From a virus (taxonomy: Duplodnaviria > Caudoviricetes), in IMG/VR virus record IMGVR_UViG_3300024996_000142, positions 1-43,798 of that record: a stretch of DNA of 43,798 nucleotides, one strand, 5' to 3'. Position 1 is the stretch's first letter. Every line of letters begins with the position of its first letter. The position numbers and the translations under genes are program-made. Below are positions 42,941 to 43,798 of this stretch, piece after piece. The notes under the pieces were generated by a model. The model saw only the letters and a program-made list of their open reading frames with translations. It was not told the origin of the DNA and searched no databases.

Positions 42941-43219
42941 GTGCTGATCGAATTCGATCCTGTCAAGAACGAGAGAAACATCGCCGGTCGCGGACTGTCG
43001 TTCGAGCGGGCGGCCGAGTTTGATTTCAGCAGCGCCATCGTTGGTGTGGATGACCGCAAGGTCTACCCGGAGGTGCGTTATGTGGCTGCTGGCTACCTGG
43101 ACCAGCGCTTGCACATGCTCTGCTTCACTCCGATCGAAGGTGGCATTCGTGTGATCAGCTTTCGCAGGGCGAACAGCCGGGAGGTCAAGGCATATGAGCA
43201 AGCGCGCACCACTGATTGA
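42941..43219 (+). CDS. brnT: BrnT family toxin (RNase)
   Basis: IEFDPVKNERN..RGLSF..A..F...Y.EVRY...RVISFRRAN.RE. Confidence 0.92.
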   Translation: MLIEFDPVKNERNIAGRGLSFERAAEFDFSSAIVGVDDRKVYPEVRYVAAGYLDQRLHMLCFTPIEGGIRVISFRRANSREVKAYEQARTTD

Positions 43220-43472
43220 TGCGGACGGCGAGGTTCGCGAACTCACGGCAGAGGACTTGGCCAAGTTCCGGCCTGCCCATGAGGTGCTGCCGTTGGCGCT
43301 GCAGGAGACGCTGGGTATCCGTCGGCGCGGCCCGCAAAAGACACCCACCAAAGTGTCAACCACGATCCGGTTGTCTCCGGAGGTGGTCGAGTTCTTCCGC
43401 AGCACCGGGGAGGGCTGGCAGTCGCGCATGGATGGCGTGCTGCGCAAGTACGTGGCGCAGCATTCGCGTTGA
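43194..43472 (+). CDS. brnA: BrnA family antitoxin
   Basis: RGPQKTPTKVSTTIRLSPEVVEFFRSTGEGWQSRMDGVLR. Confidence 0.92.
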   Translation: MSKRAPLIDADGEVRELTAEDLAKFRPAHEVLPLALQETLGIRRRGPQKTPTKVSTTIRLSPEVVEFFRSTGEGWQSRMDGVLRKYVAQHSR

Positions 43473-43576
43473 GTGGAGGCTTGCATCACGCCCAGCCTCC
43501 GGCGATGAGGTTGCGCAGGATGGCGGGGCTCTCGATGAAATCTTCGGCGTCGCACTTCTCCATGTGCTCCAGCACG

Positions 43577-43798
43577 GTCAACCCCGAATGGAGCGCACCC
43601 GAAGTGGCCCGCGCACTGCGGGCTGATCAATTGCCCGCGCCGCTGCGCGCCAAACTGGGCGGACGTCCCAAGGCAGCGGCCACCAAGGAAGCCGTCAAGT
43701 TGCGCCTCGATCCCGACTTGCTGGTCGTGCTGCGCGCCACCGGTGACGGCTGGCAAACCCGCGTCAACCGCATCCTGCGCGAGCGGTTTGCGCTGTAA
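43577..43798 (+). pseudogene. Second, orphan BrnA-like antitoxin, probably 5'-truncated (ORF track start 43469)
   Basis: NPEWS...GGRPKAAATKEAVKLRLDPDLL..LRATGDGWQTRVNRILR; N-terminal part of the ORF looks unrelated. Confidence 0.65.

Overview
This GC-rich window is an apparently complete, about 42 kb temperate podovirus prophage with a BPP-1/BcepC6B-like gene order. The host is probably a betaproteobacterium (inferred, not shown). Left to right it carries: int/xis; a leftward replication block (SNF2 helicase, VRR-NUC, beta-clamp-like protein, family A DNA polymerase, HNH, DUF2815 SSB, Cas4-like DUF2800); an immunity region (lipoprotein, unknown ORF, cI, cro, 14-bp operators); a primase-helicase with an iteron-rich putative origin; terminase; an Asp/Asn-beta-hydroxylase-like 2OG-Fe(II) oxygenase plus GNAT pair; portal, capsid, tail and ejection proteins; a tail-fibre module; a lysis cassette with an embedded Rz1; and a probable two-domain anti-defence sponge protein. 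The prophage ends at a tRNA-His-like 3' fragment (attR, 42191-42217). Beyond it lie an integrase remnant and a BrnT/BrnA toxin-antitoxin pair. The most notable sequence-level observations are four copies of a putative late promoter (GGGCGCATGA-N16-[-10]), one directly ahead of the hydroxylase-GNAT pair, a four-way-junction RNA structure between the SSB and HNH/pol genes, and several apparently leaderless starts. All family assignments come from motif recognition by eye, not database searches.
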